Below, piece after piece: positions 14,801 through 27,400 of a stretch of 64,000 nucleotides of DNA (its first letter is position 1; the number at the start of each line of letters is the position of its first letter). The notes beneath the pieces are model-generated. The model was not told the origin of the DNA, ran no database searches, and saw only the letters and a list, made by a program, of their open reading frames with translations. Source of the DNA: Gekko japonicus (Eukaryota); assembly GCF_001447785.1 (NCBI RefSeq), contig NW_015173183.1, positions 215,905-279,904 of the forward strand, given 5' to 3'. A program made the translations under genes and the position numbers.

Positions 14801-16909
14801 TATATGACCAATAATATTGTACAAAAGTTTTTTTAAGAAAGATAGCTTGAAGTAACAAATAAGAAGTGACAAACACTTACGCAGGTCCAGAACTTGCAAG
14901 CAATTCCTGTTCCCTGACTCATTGGCCCCTCCAAACACCCAGAGTTTTGTGGGCTGACTGACAGGAATGAAGGCTGAATGCTCATATCGGGGCAAGAGGC
15001 CTTCCCAATGAGGCAAGTTCCAACTGTGTCCATCTATGGGATATTAAAAAAAAACCACTGGTAAGAGCATGGGGTGGTTTGCAGTGCAATCCTAAGAATG
15101 CTTCCTCAGCAGTACGCCCCACTGAAGAGACCTGAATACGATTCTGATTAGACCTGCTTAGGATTGCTCTGTTACGATCATACGCACATGCAGGTACTGT
15201 AATCCTCTCCTCTAAATACAAAACGACATTCTGTATCCAGGCAACCTAACTCCTAAAATCCTGAAAGCGGAAACACTAAAATATGCAACTAGCATAAATT
15301 ATGTAAATAAACAGGATTTCTCTTTTATTTTGCACATTTTATTCTGCAATGTTTACTGTTCTCCTTAATTTTAACCTGCTACTACTAGTCCACAGGGAAA
15401 GGCAAAGAACACTTTAAGCCCTGAGTGCTATAAATTCAGCAATTCCTGTAGCTGTGTCAATTACTCCACACACTTTCAGAACCCCAAGGACCAGAAACCT
15501 GCTTTTTAAATGCGAAAACTTAAGATTCCTGAGAAGTTGATTTCAGTACTTAATATACTTTTCCTGTGCTCCTATAACATAAACTCAGCTGCAAAATACA
15601 CCCGTCCCGGACCCTTACCAAGATCGATGAAGTACACATCAGAGAAGCTGCCGTTTGGGTTTGCTCCCCCTACAAGGACCACTTTGCCTTTACTACTGCC
15701 CGAGTCCAATGGAGGCAAGTATAAGCAGTTGTGGCCCACACGACCACAGGGGCTCTCCCCAAGTGGGGCAAAGGTGTACCTGAAATAAAGAAGCAAAGGG
15801 TTTGCCGAAAAACTGTAGTTCTGTATGGAGCAGAGAAAAGCGATAATTTTACCAGGACATAAATTCCATTGAATCCAGTAGGACTGGCATCTGTGCAAAC
15901 TTGTATAGGACTGGATTGCACAGGCCTGTCCTGAACTGGTGGCAGCTAAGAGGCCAATCTGTGAATCAGGAAGTCTCTGGTCCAGATCTTCCTCTGCTAT
16001 ACACTCACTCAGCAGCCTTAGTTCAAGACTCTTAGTCTCAGCCCTTCCATCTGCAATATGGGGATAATACAAGGTAGTATATAGGTAGTGGTGCACAGAA
16101 GCACAACAGCACATCAGATCCTCAGAAAGTGAGAGAAATCCTACACCCCACTGTTTCTGCCAACCGCCTCTCAATCTTCCTTTAGCTGTCTCTCCTGTGC
16201 TTTTTCATTGCCAAGTCTTTCTCCTCCCTTCAGCTGGGGGGCGGGTCATCTCTTCCAGCCCAAACACCCCATTTCCAGGCACAGCTCTTGCAGATCAACC
16301 ACCTTTCACCTCACACCGATCACGTACTGATGGACTGAATCTTGGTGATCAAAGGTCAACAACCTCATTACAACATTATTATGGGACAATTATATTTTAG
16401 GGAAGAGCTATGCTTCCAGGTTTTATACACGCAGACCCCGGTTCAGTCCCAGGCAGCTCCATTTAAAAATTATTTCACATAGCAGAATTTGGGGGAACCT
16501 TTCTCTGCCTGAGATTCTGGAGCGCTAGCCAGAGAAAATAATATCTAATTAATCAATGCTCTGCAATATCATGCCGTTATTCGAGCATAGCTTTAACTGC
16601 AAGAGGATTACCAAGGTGTCCTTATTGTGAAAAAACTGACAAAGGGCGTGCTCTTTTTCGCCTGGGATGAGCAAACAACGTCTACGGAGTCTGCACGCGC
16701 AGGATCGCCGCAAGCTCCTCCGCGCCGGAACCCAGGCCACCTCTCACTAATGACCAAGCGCTGACTCCTCCATTTGCAAGTCAAAAGCTCCATCCACACG
16801 CACGGAAGCCGCCCCACCCCGCTTCACAAACGCACCAGGTCGCGCCTTCTGGCGCGTCTCCAGGGTTCAGCTCCCGCAGCAACGCCCGCGATTCGGAGTC
16901 CGGCCCCAT
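8861..16909 (-). CDS. RABEPK: Rab9 effector protein with kelch motifs (p40), 368 aa; coding exons (minus) 16909-16836, 15779-15619, 15033-14881, 13576-13415, 10721-10572, 10190-10041, 9117-8861
   Basis: N-terminus ...LNPGDAPEGATW-YTFAPLGESPCGRVGH. Kelch repeats LLPRYEH..WVFGG, PRTYH..YVFGGG, PRHGH..FIHGG, AAHS..YIFGG and GRLDHSMC..IFGG. GT-AG boundaries and joined frame (1107 nt). Confidence 0.95.
9251..9520 (+). mobile_element. Full-length tRNA-derived squamate SINE (Squam3-like)
   Basis: CAGTTTGGTGTAGTGGTTAAG head, GGTTTGATTCCCC B-box and (TTC)n tail. Closely similar to 14091-14368. Confidence 0.85.
9541..9661 (-). mobile_element. 3' half of the same SINE family, inverted and tail-to-tail with the 9251 copy
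   Basis: The reverse complement matches about 9370-9490 (GAGCTCTCTCAGCCCCAC..CCTCACAGGG..TCTGTTGT). Confidence 0.75.
11352..11987 (-). mobile_element. 5'-truncated CR1 LINE (RT C-terminus plus 3' UTR), interrupted by an assembly gap
   Basis: Minus-strand translation [44 protein letters not shown] is typical of CR1 ORF2. The 3' end reads CTTATGTTC on the minus strand. Confidence 0.88.
11460..11737. other. Assembly gap (278 N)
   Basis: Run of N inside the CR1 copy. Confidence 0.99.
12152..12313. mobile_element. Non-autonomous DNA transposon / MITE (AGGGTTGCCA...TGGGAACCCT termini)
   Basis: Imperfect terminal inverted repeats. The internal sequence (AATGGCTGCT..TCTATGGCATTATA) recurs at 36691-37336. 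Confidence 0.65.
14091..14368 (+). mobile_element. Full-length tRNA-derived squamate SINE (Squam3-like)
   Basis: Same head, body and (TTC)n tail as 9251-9520. Confidence 0.85.
15082..15171. mobile_element. Short palindromic MITE-like element
   Basis: Termini CAGTGCAATCCTAAG / CTTAGGATTGCTCTG. A related TTAGGATTGCACTG end occurs near 33190. Confidence 0.5.
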
Positions 16910-17055
16910 TGATTCAGACCGAGGAAGAAGAGCAGGAGGCGTGGTAGAAATCAGGTCCCCGCCTTCCCCCGGGCCGTTGCTAGGAGATGCATGGCCCCGC
17001 CCTTAGGAGAGCAACGGTGCTGGCCTCCTTCCGCGCGCGCCCCCCGCCCCTACCT
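16910..17055 (-). promoter_or_regulatory. RABEPK: CpG-island promoter / 5' UTR of RABEPK
   Basis: GC boxes (CCCCGCCC), GCGCGC and an X-box-like GTTGCTAGG immediately upstream of the ATG. Confidence 0.6.
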
Positions 17056-17442
17056 AGGGTTTTTATTCGCAGTTCTGCACTTTTAATTCCGAGGTGCAAT
17101 TTTTAATTAAAGGGAGGGGCATGTGAGTACTAATGCAGATAGTGCCTGAGAGCAAGTGTGCAGAGTTGCGTACAACTGAGAAACTCTCCCGTTACATTTT
17201 AAGCACTGCACATTATTCAGCACCATTTTTTAAAAAGGCTTAAAGGGGATTTGCGACATCTCTTAAATCTAGCGGATTTGTTCTGGCAGGAACTTCCCTG
17301 ATCTGGAGTCTACTTCATCCAGTGCACAGAGGGTTATTCTCAATTAGCAGGCTGAGATATGGAATACATGCACGGCTGCCACACTGTCTCAGAATAGGCC
17401 TGTTCTTCCCAGCAGGAAAACTTGAGCATTTTATAATTTACC

Positions 17443-17732
17443 GCATATCAGCAACTTGTACACACAGCAAGTTAGTCCAGATAGATTCGAGTCCAGCAGC
17501 AAGTTAGTACTGCAAAACAGCAGTAAAAATGACAAATCCTGTTATCGCTCAAAAGTCCACAACTGCAAGGTGGCAATCTTAAACACGGCATATCAGCAAC
17601 TTGTACACACAGCAAGTTAGTCCAGATAGATTCGAGTCCAGCAGCAAGATAGTACTGCAAAACAGCAGTAAAAATGACAAATCCTGTTATCGCTCAAAAG
17701 TCCACAACTGCAAGGTGGCAATCTTAAACACG
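17443..17732. repeat. Tandem duplication of a 145-bp unit
   Basis: 17443-17587 and 17588-17732 differ at one position. Confidence 0.95.
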
Positions 17733-17773
17733 TTTACTTAAAAACAAGAGAATTACTGTCTGTAGTCAACTAC

Positions 17774-19940
17774 AGACATTGACTATGCTAAAGCCTTTGA
17801 CTGTGTGGATCACAACAAACTATGGCAGGTCCTTAAAGAGATGGGAGTACCAGACCACCTCACATGTCTCTTGAGAAACCTGTATAAGGGCCAAGAAGCG
17901 ACAGTTAGAACCGGATATGGAACAACTGATTGGTTCAGCATAGGAAAAGGAGTACAACAAGGATGTATATTGTCACCTTGCTTATTTAATATATATGCAG
18001 AGTACATCATGCAAAATGCTGGCCTGGATGAATCACAAGCGGGAATTAAGATTGCTGGGGAAAAGATCAACAACCTCAGATATGCAGACGACACCACTCT
18101 AATGGCAGAAAGTGAAGAGGACCTAAAGAGCCTCCTGCTCAGAGTAAAAGAGGAGAGCGCAAAAGTGGGCTTGAAGCTCAACATCAAAAAAACTAAGATC
18201 ATGGCATCCGGCCCCATCACTCCTTGGCAAATAGAAGGGGAAGTCGTGGAAGTAGTGACAGACTTCACGTTCCTGGGATCCCAGATCACCGCAGACTGTG
18301 ACTGCAGCCATGAAATTAAAAGACGCCTGCTCCTTGGGAGGAAAGCGATGGCGAACCTAAACAGCATGATAAAAAGTAGAGACATCACCCTGCCAACAAA
18401 AATCCGCATGGTCAAAGCAATGGTATTCCCAGTAGTCATGTATGGCTGCGAGAGCTGGACTATAAGGAAGGCCGAGCGCCGAAGAATAGATTCTTTTGAA
18501 CTATGGTGCTGGAGAAGACTCTTGAGAGTCCCTTGGACTGCAAGAAGAACAAATCAGTCAATCCTCAAAGAAATCAACCCTGACTGTTCCCTGGAAGGCC
18601 AGATAATGAAACTGAAGCTCAAATACTTTGGCCACCAAATGAGAAGGGAGCACTCACTGGAGAAGACCCTGATGCTGGGAAAGATTGAAGGTCAAAGAAG
18701 ACGGGGACGGCAAAGGATGAGATGGTTAGACAGTGTCAGGATAGAGAACTACCAGAAGTACAAGCTGGGTTTCGAAGAGGTAGAGGAACTAGAGATCAAA
18801 TTGCCAACATTCGCTGGATTATGGAGAAAGCAAGAGAGTACCAGAAAAATATCTACTTCTGCTTCATTGACTATGCTAAAGCTTTTGACTGTGTGGATCA
18901 CAACAAACTATGGCAGGTCCTTAAAGAGATGGGAGTACCAGACCACCTCACATGTCTCTTGAGAAACCTGTATAAGGGCCAAGAAGCGACAGTTAGAACC
19001 GGATATGGAACAACTGATTGGTTTAGCATAGGAAAAGGAGTACGACAAGGATGTATATTGTCGCCTTGCTTATTTAATATATATGCAGAGTACATCATGC
19101 GAAATGCTGGCCTGGATGAATCACAAGCGGGAATTAAGATTGCTGGGGAAAAGATCAACAACCTCAGATATGCAGACGATACCACTCTAATGGCAGAAAG
19201 TGAAGAGGACCTAAAGAGCCTCTTGCTCAGGGTAAAAGAGGAGAGCGCAAAAGTGGGCTTGAAGCTCAACATCAAAAAAACTAAGATCATGGCATCCGGC
19301 CCCATCACTCCTTGGCAAATAGAAGGGGAAGTCGTGGAAGTAGTGACAGACTTCACGTTCCTGGGATCCCAGATCACCGCAGACTGTGACAGCAGCCATG
19401 AAATTAAAAGATTTCCTTGGGAGGAAAGTGATGGCGAACCTAAACAGCATGATAAAAAGTAGAGACATCACCCTGCCAACAAAAGTCCGCATGGTCAAAG
19501 CAATGGTATTCCCAGTAGTCATGTATGGCTGTGAGAGTTGGACTATAAGGAAGGCCGAGCGCCGAAGAATAGATTCTTTTGAACTATGGTGCTGGAGGAG
19601 ACTCTTGAGAGTCCCTTGGACTGCAAGAAGAACAAATCAGTCAATCCTCAAAGAAATCAACCCTGACTGTTCCCTGGAAGGCCAGATAATGAAACTGAAG
19701 CTCAAATACTTTGGCCACCAAATGAGAAGGGAGCACTCACTGGAGAAGACCCTGATGCTGGGAAAGACTGAAGTTCAAAGAAGACGGGGACGGCAAAGGA
19801 TGAGATGGTTAGACAGTGTCATAGATGCAACGAACATGGAGTTGAGCAAACTTCAGAGGACGGCGAAAGACCGGAAGGCCTGGCGTGATCTGGTTCATGG
19901 GGTCGCGAAGAGTCGGACTCGACTGTGCGACTGAACAAAA
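17774..19940 (+). mobile_element. BovB (RTE-clade) LINE: 5'-truncated head-to-tail dimer with 10-bp TSD AGTCAACTAC
   Basis: RT motifs IDYAKAFDCVDH, GVRQGCILSP and NNLRYADD. BovB 3' end GGGGTCGCGAAGAGTCGGACTCGACTG..CTGAACAA. TSD at 17764-17773 and 19941-19950. Confidence 0.95.
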
Positions 19941-21119
19941 AGTCAACTACTCAGTGCCAGTCTTTACCAAAGTCAGGCTCTAAAACTGTCACAAGATATG
20001 AATTAAATCAGCATATGAATTCCTTTTCAGCATCTTCATGTTGGATTCTTTCTTTGAAATTCTATTTCTGAATGTAGTAACTTTTAACTGAATTCCAGAG
20101 AGTTTGAAATAGTTTGAGTCTTTTCATTTCTAACTGTAAAACCAGAAAGGAGTCTTATGCAATGCTATGTGGATCTACTCAGAATCTCACAGGTCTACTC
20201 AATGGGGGTTATTTCTGGAAAAGTATACTGTCAGACTGATGTTTTGATATATAAGCTTTCTTGGGCTAAAGCCCATCACTCTGTCTCGTGGAAGCTTATG
20301 ATCTGTTAGTTTTTGAGAAGATACAACAAGACTTTGCTTCTGCTGGCTATCACACCATCTGTGATAACCGTCTGCTGTGTGTCCTTTTATTCTCTGTCAT
20401 GGACAGTTGGGTTTAGGTAACAAAAATGACAGAAAAGAATCGCTGACTTTTGACTGGTGTGTGAAACTTGTCATAGAGGTCGTAAAAGCCTGCCGTGGCT
20501 GAAATGCTCTGCTCTGCAAAGCTGTCACAAGGCCTAAACGTCCTGCGCCCTTCCTTTCCCTCTGGTTACCGTTTTTCACTTTTCCAGATCAAGACTAGCT
20601 TTTTGGAGGAGGCAATCCAAAGCACGGCACATATGGAACTCACTGTCACAAGATATGGTGCTGGTCTCTAGCTCAAGTGGCTTTTGGCTTTGGAAGGAGC
20701 CAAGCAAAATTAACGGAGGAGATGTCGGTCAATTGCTGTTAGACGCAATAGATCAGTGAAAACTCCTTGTTCAGGAGTAGTATGTCTAGGAATTCTTGTT
20801 GCGTGGCGACGAAGCGGTAACAACAGAAACAGGTTTTGGCCTCTCTCCCCAGTTTCTGGGCTTTCCCCCGCCTCTGAGAAAATCAGGGAGGACTACAGGG
20901 ACATTTGATCCAGCCGGGTTCTCTTCTTCTATTCTGACACTTAGTCTGTTGCACTTCGTAGAACGACTTTCTGAGGAAACACCGTTAATAAGGAAAGAGG
21001 AATTGACTACAAATCCCAGAATGTCACGGAGCAAAATGGGTTCTTGTACGCAAAATACGCAGTGCACCCTGGGTGAGGGAAAAGCCGGAAAGGGTAGGAG
21101 GAACGCTCTTCTATAGAAT

Positions 21120-21427
21120 TCAAACGTAAACCGGAAGTGGGGGCTCTCATTTCCGGTAAGGGCCGCATTCCCTCCAGCTGGGAGAAAACAGAGAAAGGAA
21201 GGGGGGGGGGGAGAGAATCTGTGTGATTCTTGATCTCCCTCCGCGCGCGCTTAGCCCGGAAAATTTCCGGGATCGGATTTACCAGCGCGCAACCCGGAAG
21301 TACTGACCTTTGTTTCCGGGCCCAGCTATCTCCTACCCTCTCTCCTTTCACTTGTTTTCTCCCTTCCTTCCTCTCTCCCTCCCTCTCTCCTTCATTTCTT
21401 CCCCTACTTCAAAGCGGCCCTTCCAAA
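21120..21427 (+). promoter_or_regulatory. PPP6C: TATA-less CpG promoter / 5' UTR of PPP6C with clustered ETS (CCGGAA) sites
   Basis: CCGGAAGT at 21131 and 21294, further CCGGAA/TTCCGG copies, and YY1-like AAAATGGCG overlapping the start codon. Confidence 0.7.
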
Positions 21428-24400
21428 ATGGCGCCCCTGGACTTGGATAAGTACGTGGAGATCGCGCGACTCTGCAAGTACCTGCCTGAGAATGACCTCA
21501 AGGTAAGATGGGCGGCCTTGGGGCGGAAGGAGCGGGGCTATTCCTCTCCTCTCTTGTTACCCTGTGAGGTTTTCTTTTATGTAAGCCGCCTGGGGGAGAC
21601 TAGAGGCGGCACACGAAAGTTTTAGTGGAGTTCCATAGGCGAGTTGAGAATGTGGGTGCCCTGCAGTCGGCTGGGGCTCTTGGGGGCTTCCTTCTGCTCC
21701 CGGCTTCGGCGAGTTGGAGCGGGGTTTGAAGGCTGTCTCGTGAGGAAGTTGTGGTGGCACTGAAATGTCATAAACAGCTCACCCGGAGGAGAATTTTGAG
21801 GTAGGGAGCCACTTGGAGCTCCTTTCTCAGTTGGTGTTGTGGCAGTGGGTTTCTGGGAGGTTTTGTAAGTCTTGTCAAACACCTGATGGTTGTTGTTGTT
21901 GTTATTTATTATTGGATTTATGGATCACCCAATCCCTGCTGCTGCAAGGCTCTGGGCAATGTACAGTGGCGATAAAAACATCAAACATAGAATAAAACAT
22001 CTGAATAACATCAATACCACAAATCTCAGATAGCGACTTCCAATTATTTCCGTTTACAGACTGCCGACCACTTTGTGGGGGGGGGGCAGGGCAAATACAG
22101 AGAGCAGAAGAGGGTGCCAGCCAAGGTGGTAACCGTATTGATGCTACAGAAATCCTGTAAACAGGCTGTATTAGAGAGGAGACTGATGGTTTAGTAGAGT
22201 TCTCTGGAGGGTAATGCTTTAGTTATTGCAGTATTTTGTAAACTTTCTCAAGCACAAGGTTGTGTGTGTTATAAGCAAATTAATTAGGTTAAAGTGTCCG
22301 AGTGTGGTGACTAGAGGTGGATGTGGCTTAGAGTAAGGCAGGGCAGGACACTGGCATTCCTATTTGACATAGGGTTAGATCCAGATAAAATTTTCCATCA
22401 GCAAATAGAATTTTCCTACCACCCTACTACAGCCCACTCATTTCCACAGAATGAGACATAGAGGACCTTGAGGATGACATGAAGGAGGTTTTAGTAGGAA
22501 GGGGAAATTGGTGGGAGCTGCTACTTTAAGTCGGGATCCAGCCCATAGAGATAAGCTAATATTTTATACTGAGATCAGGAAGAAGAAGGGAGTATATGTT
22601 CTGATAAATGTAGCATTTCAATAGGGGAGAAAACCAGAATGTAGCTTCTTTCTTGGAAAACAAACATGATGAATGGAGAACAGCAGGGCTTCCTTTCTCT
22701 AGGAGGTAGATAAAAGAGCATATTTGGTCAGGTACGGCTTTCTTTACCTCTGCATGACACACTGCAGAGACAAGCCTAGTATCTGTCATCTCAGTGCTTT
22801 TATACACACCTGTTAAAAGTTTTAGGAGCCTGTGCACATCTCAAATGGGTTAGTTGGAATACAAAAATCATTTTCTCCCCAGTTTGAGTATATTAGTGCA
22901 ATGACAGATGGGAAGATGTGGGTTCATTTCCTCTGAGCAGGTTTTTGTTCTGCACAGCAGCTGTCTCCAGGAAATGGTTTGCAGCTAATGTTTTGCCGTA
23001 TGTTTGTGCTTCAAGCTCTTGGCGGCCAGGGCTTTTGTCTTTGAATGGTCCCTAAAAAGAGCCTACACTGGGTGGTTTTTAAAATTTATTTTTCTCTTTT
23101 AGGCAACTGTAGCCTCTAAGGGAGTACTGCTTGTTAAACCACTTTATTTTTGCAATGATATACTAATTTTTATTTTAAGACAGAATGCCGTTTTTCCAAT
23201 GTACTTGAGCCTGATAAAGTTCTTTGCCATGTACAGTGATTTGTACCATATACTGGAGCAGAAAAATATAACCTAAATGTGCTTCTTATTTTTTAAAAAT
23301 GGTTTCCCATAATAATATTGTATCTCTTCTGTGATGCCATTTAGTACTTAGTAAGGCCTTTGCTTGGTTAACTCTGTTATCTTTTCGGTTGCTATCAAAA
23401 TCAGCAGGCAAGATCTGGAATAATTTGGGATGTAGGTAGCTGTGTTGGTCCTTAGCAAAGGCCAGGAAAGAAAAAGCCATTTAATATCTTGTAATGAGAC
23501 CAATCAAAATACCACATTATGGGTGTGCAAGTGTTCATATTTACCTGAATTCTTCTGTTTAAAGGAGGAGGGGGGAGTTGAGGAGTGAGCGCTTTCAATC
23601 CCTGATCTTAAGGACTCCTTATTTGCCTCTTGTGTAAGATGATCTGCCAACTTCAAAGAATGCAGGTTGGGGCTAGTATCAAATTGGACTCTTTGCCATC
23701 TATGAGGAAGCAGCAAAAAAGGGAAGCCATTCATTTAAGAACACAAACTCCAGTAGCTTATCAAATATATATCTTATTTGATAACACACAAAACAAAAGG
23801 CTTGAATAAGTTACTGGGAAATAAAAACACTAGTGGCTTCATTGCTAAAACTTGAATATCTTCCTGGTGTGTAAATAATCTTGAGGCTAATAGCAAGTAA
23901 GAATTGTTTTCTAGTGAGCAAGAGGAAAAAGGTTTTGCAAATCAAACACTGATCTCTACATTTTACCTAGCAAAAACAGTGACATGTAGAAGGACTGACT
24001 GTGTCATCCAAGCCAGTTTTGGTTTGACAAGTTTCTATGCAGTTCAGCTGGCCTTTGACAAGGTGCTTAAAATACATTTCAAGATGTTATATTGGATTAA
24101 ACCCTTTTTCTGATCCAGGGTTTCAGGGTGGTGAGTGATGGGGGGAAAATAGAATGGCTCCAGATTGTTCTGGTATAGGTGCTATTGACCCAGAATGTAC
24201 ATATTCTATCATATGTAGCAAGCTGGTAGTTATTCAGAGTTCAGACAAATTTTCATACTGACCCAAGTAATTTTTCTCCCTGTAGCGCTTGTGTGACTAT
24301 GTGTGTGACCTGCTCCTGGAAGAATCTAATGTACAGCCTGTTTCTACGCCAGTGACCGTCTGTGGAGATATACATGGACAGGTGAAATTTCATACAGATT

Positions 24401-27400
24401 ATTCTTTTGGCATTCTCCTCTTCAGCACCAGAGAGGGCAGACAACTGCAAGTGTTATAGAGTTTGCAAGTATTTGCTTATGGAAAAACAGCTACTGTATT
24501 TGAAACCTCTTGTGATCCCCCCCCCCCCCCCCCCCCCCCAGCCCCTGTATTCTTGGTGCCATTGAAGGGAAGAGTGGTCTTGATGTATTTGCTAACAATA
24601 CTAGGCTGTCTCTGTAATTCAGGAGTGATGGTTCGTGTGCAGCGTGCCAATAATGTTGCTGGTATTTTCTAACTTTTCCAAAGTTAGCGTTCAGTCCCGT
24701 CACGTGTCTCTCCACCTCAAAAGTGGTATTTGATGGGTATTTGAATAATTTTCTGAGGGACACGGTCGTGTAACTTTCCCGCTTCTGATCCTTGTTCAGA
24801 AACAGGCAGTTTTTAGACTGCAGTTAATTGAGTTCCTTAATGCTTGTGTGGATTTCCCCCTGAAGGCCCTGGCAGAAGATAGAATTCCATTCCAAGTAGG
24901 TGTGCACTGTGCCTAGAGAACTTCTGGGTTAACTTCAGGGTTTTCGGTGGGAGAACTTACATTTAACAACACTGATTAATGGGCCCTTATCTGGATGAGA
25001 ACGGGTGAAAGTTCCCTTGCACTGGTATAATTTTACAAGCTGAGGTAATACACCAGTATGGAGAGAGCAGTTGTCAAGCTACAGCTGCAGCAGTAAAGAT
25101 ACCCTGTGTATTAGTTGGATGAGGTAGAAAACAATCACAGCAGGAGCAGTATGAGGCAGGGGCATCCCTGAGCAGTGCAGAATGACCATTGGCCATACTC
25201 CTCCCTTGCACACTATATCACTCTGCAATCATAAAACATAGCTTACATTAAAAGAAGGGGGGAAACGAACTATCAAGGCTTGCAACGTGAAAAAAAGCAA
25301 AGATTGTTGACTCAGGATGGATTTATTTTATTCAACATTTTCAATACATTGTACAACTAAATCCCACAAATGTAATTTATTCAAACTTTCTTTTCTAATC
25401 ATGGAAGCTAATAACTAAATCTTTAAGGTGTTTCATCCACTCTTTCTTACTCAGTGTTGTTAATTTTTTCAGCAGCATGAAAGTGGTGGTTATGGAATTT
25501 AATGCAAAGTCTTTAAATATATTTGGAGTTTCCCATAATTCTGGGATGAGGGGGAGGCTACACCTTATTCCACTAGAGATCATATCTTGCCGAATTTGGC
25601 AGAATCTTACCATGCATCAGCACTTTTACCATCAATTAAAAAAAATGGTATTTTCTGCTTTATGATGTGAACACTTTCCATCCATTGAACCAAATGTTTT
25701 TACTAGTTTACTTGAGGCTGAATGCCACTGATTTGTCATTTTTACCACATTTTCACACATTGTAAGACAAGGAGAAAGTAGGGCCTTTTATAAATAGGAA
25801 ATACATTGCAGGACCATTTCTCCTTGTATTTTTTTTCCACTGGCTTGCTATGTAGATTACCTAGGAGATTTTATAGTTCCTTTCTCTACTAATTCTCAAT
25901 TTACCAGTTTCCTTATTGTCCCTTCCTTTCTCATTTGAGCTATCTAAAAACTTTTTTGTTGCAAATACTGACACACTGTAACATTACCTCTACAGCTAAC
26001 AAAACAGTATCAAATGGAATCACTGCATCATTGTGGATGAGATTATACCTTAAACAGCCCTTCTCTTTTAGCTCCCAGAAGCAACTTAAATCAGGTTTAA
26101 AATGTTTCCACCTAAGTATAGTAGGAATAGATGTATTTATTTGCTTGCCTGTTTTTCTTTCCCTTGTGGGATTTTGGTCTCCCACCCAGGTTGCTGGTGG
26201 GACCCAGACCAGTCTAGCTATCTAATTTGTATTAATGTAGCATCCACTTGTTATAGCGTGCATAGCTTTTTGTGATATAAATGTGGGATTCTGAGCAGGT
26301 GCGTGCTGTGGATGCCTCTGTCCAATCTGTGTGTGGTAAACAAATGCCTTTCAGAGCCATTACTTATAAACAAAAGCAAGGATTACCTCCTGCTATCAAA
26401 TGAGAGTTCTGAGTAATTTGGACTGCCATGCTAAAAGCTGCAAACTTGCTGTTGTTAAAGTTCATTTTTTTTCTTTTGCCTTTCAGTTTTATGATTTATG
26501 TGAATTGTTTAGAACTGGAGGTCAAGTTCCCGACACAAACTACATATTTATGGTATGTACAAACTGAATGCTAAAAAAAATACAGCTACTGTTAATGAAA
26601 CATAATGTTAATCTGGGATTTGGAACACCCAGCAGGCTTTTGGCTTGTATTCAGTATGTCTTGCCTCTTTGCTTTCCTTATACTCTAAAAAAAAATGTGA
26701 TCTGGCCCATGGTGAGTTGTAAGAAAGGATTCAAAGGCTATGTGCTGTCAACAGGGCTTGAAAAAAATTCCAGGTGCCTAGAAATGTAAAACTGTTAACT
26801 TGGTCCTACACAAAACCGACAGGATTGGACAAATCTTTGCCGCAGCTCTTGTTCCATATTATGGGAATTCTGTTATGGATCTCGGTTCACAAGTAGGAGG
26901 GGGCAGAGGGCTGAGGTGCTGTCACTGGGCAGGAGCGGCAATTAATGGAGCAGAGGGAGATGATTCTACAATTAACCAATCTATTAAAAGTCTGCATTTT
27001 TCAGTAGGGTTGTCCTAATGGTCATGATCCTGCAATGTTTTTGCTGATTTGCTTTGTGAAAGAGAGGGGCATGAGAAGTGCATTTGGAAGTACAAATAGT
27101 GGCCTAATCCAACACATGTGCTGTCTCAAGTGCCACAAAGCTCAGTCAAACCAGCTCTCAAGTGAATGTACCTAATATTGCTGCCCAACTCATTGTCGTA
27201 CATGTACATATGAAGGGGTCTTGTACTGAATCAGGCCATTGTTCAGTTTAGTCCAGAATTGTCCTCTCTGACTGGCTGCAGCTCTCAGTGGTCTCAGGCA
27301 GAGTGAAATCCATCCCAGAAGTTATCTGAGGTCCATTACCAGGAGATGCCAGGGATTGAACCTGTGACCATTTGCATGCAAAATATATGCTCTGCCACTG

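Noticed and set aside
16741-16793. Alternative RABEPK first exon MELLTCKWRSQRLVISER
   Set aside because: It is phase-compatible but has no similarity to RABEPK and a weak donor. 16909-16836 encodes the homologous LNPGDAPEGATW.
17805-19934. 385-, 246- and 182-aa ORFs as host genes
   Set aside because: They are BovB reverse-transcriptase fragments. The element is 5'-truncated, lacks the endonuclease and cannot be autonomous.
24517-24539. Poly-C tract giving a polyproline ORF
   Set aside because: Intronic homopolymer with unreliable length and no coding evidence.
24625-24790. CpG-containing patch with GTCACGTG E-box in PPP6C intron 2 as an enhancer or poison exon
   Set aside because: A single motif and no clear splice-site pair; it cannot be supported without conservation data.
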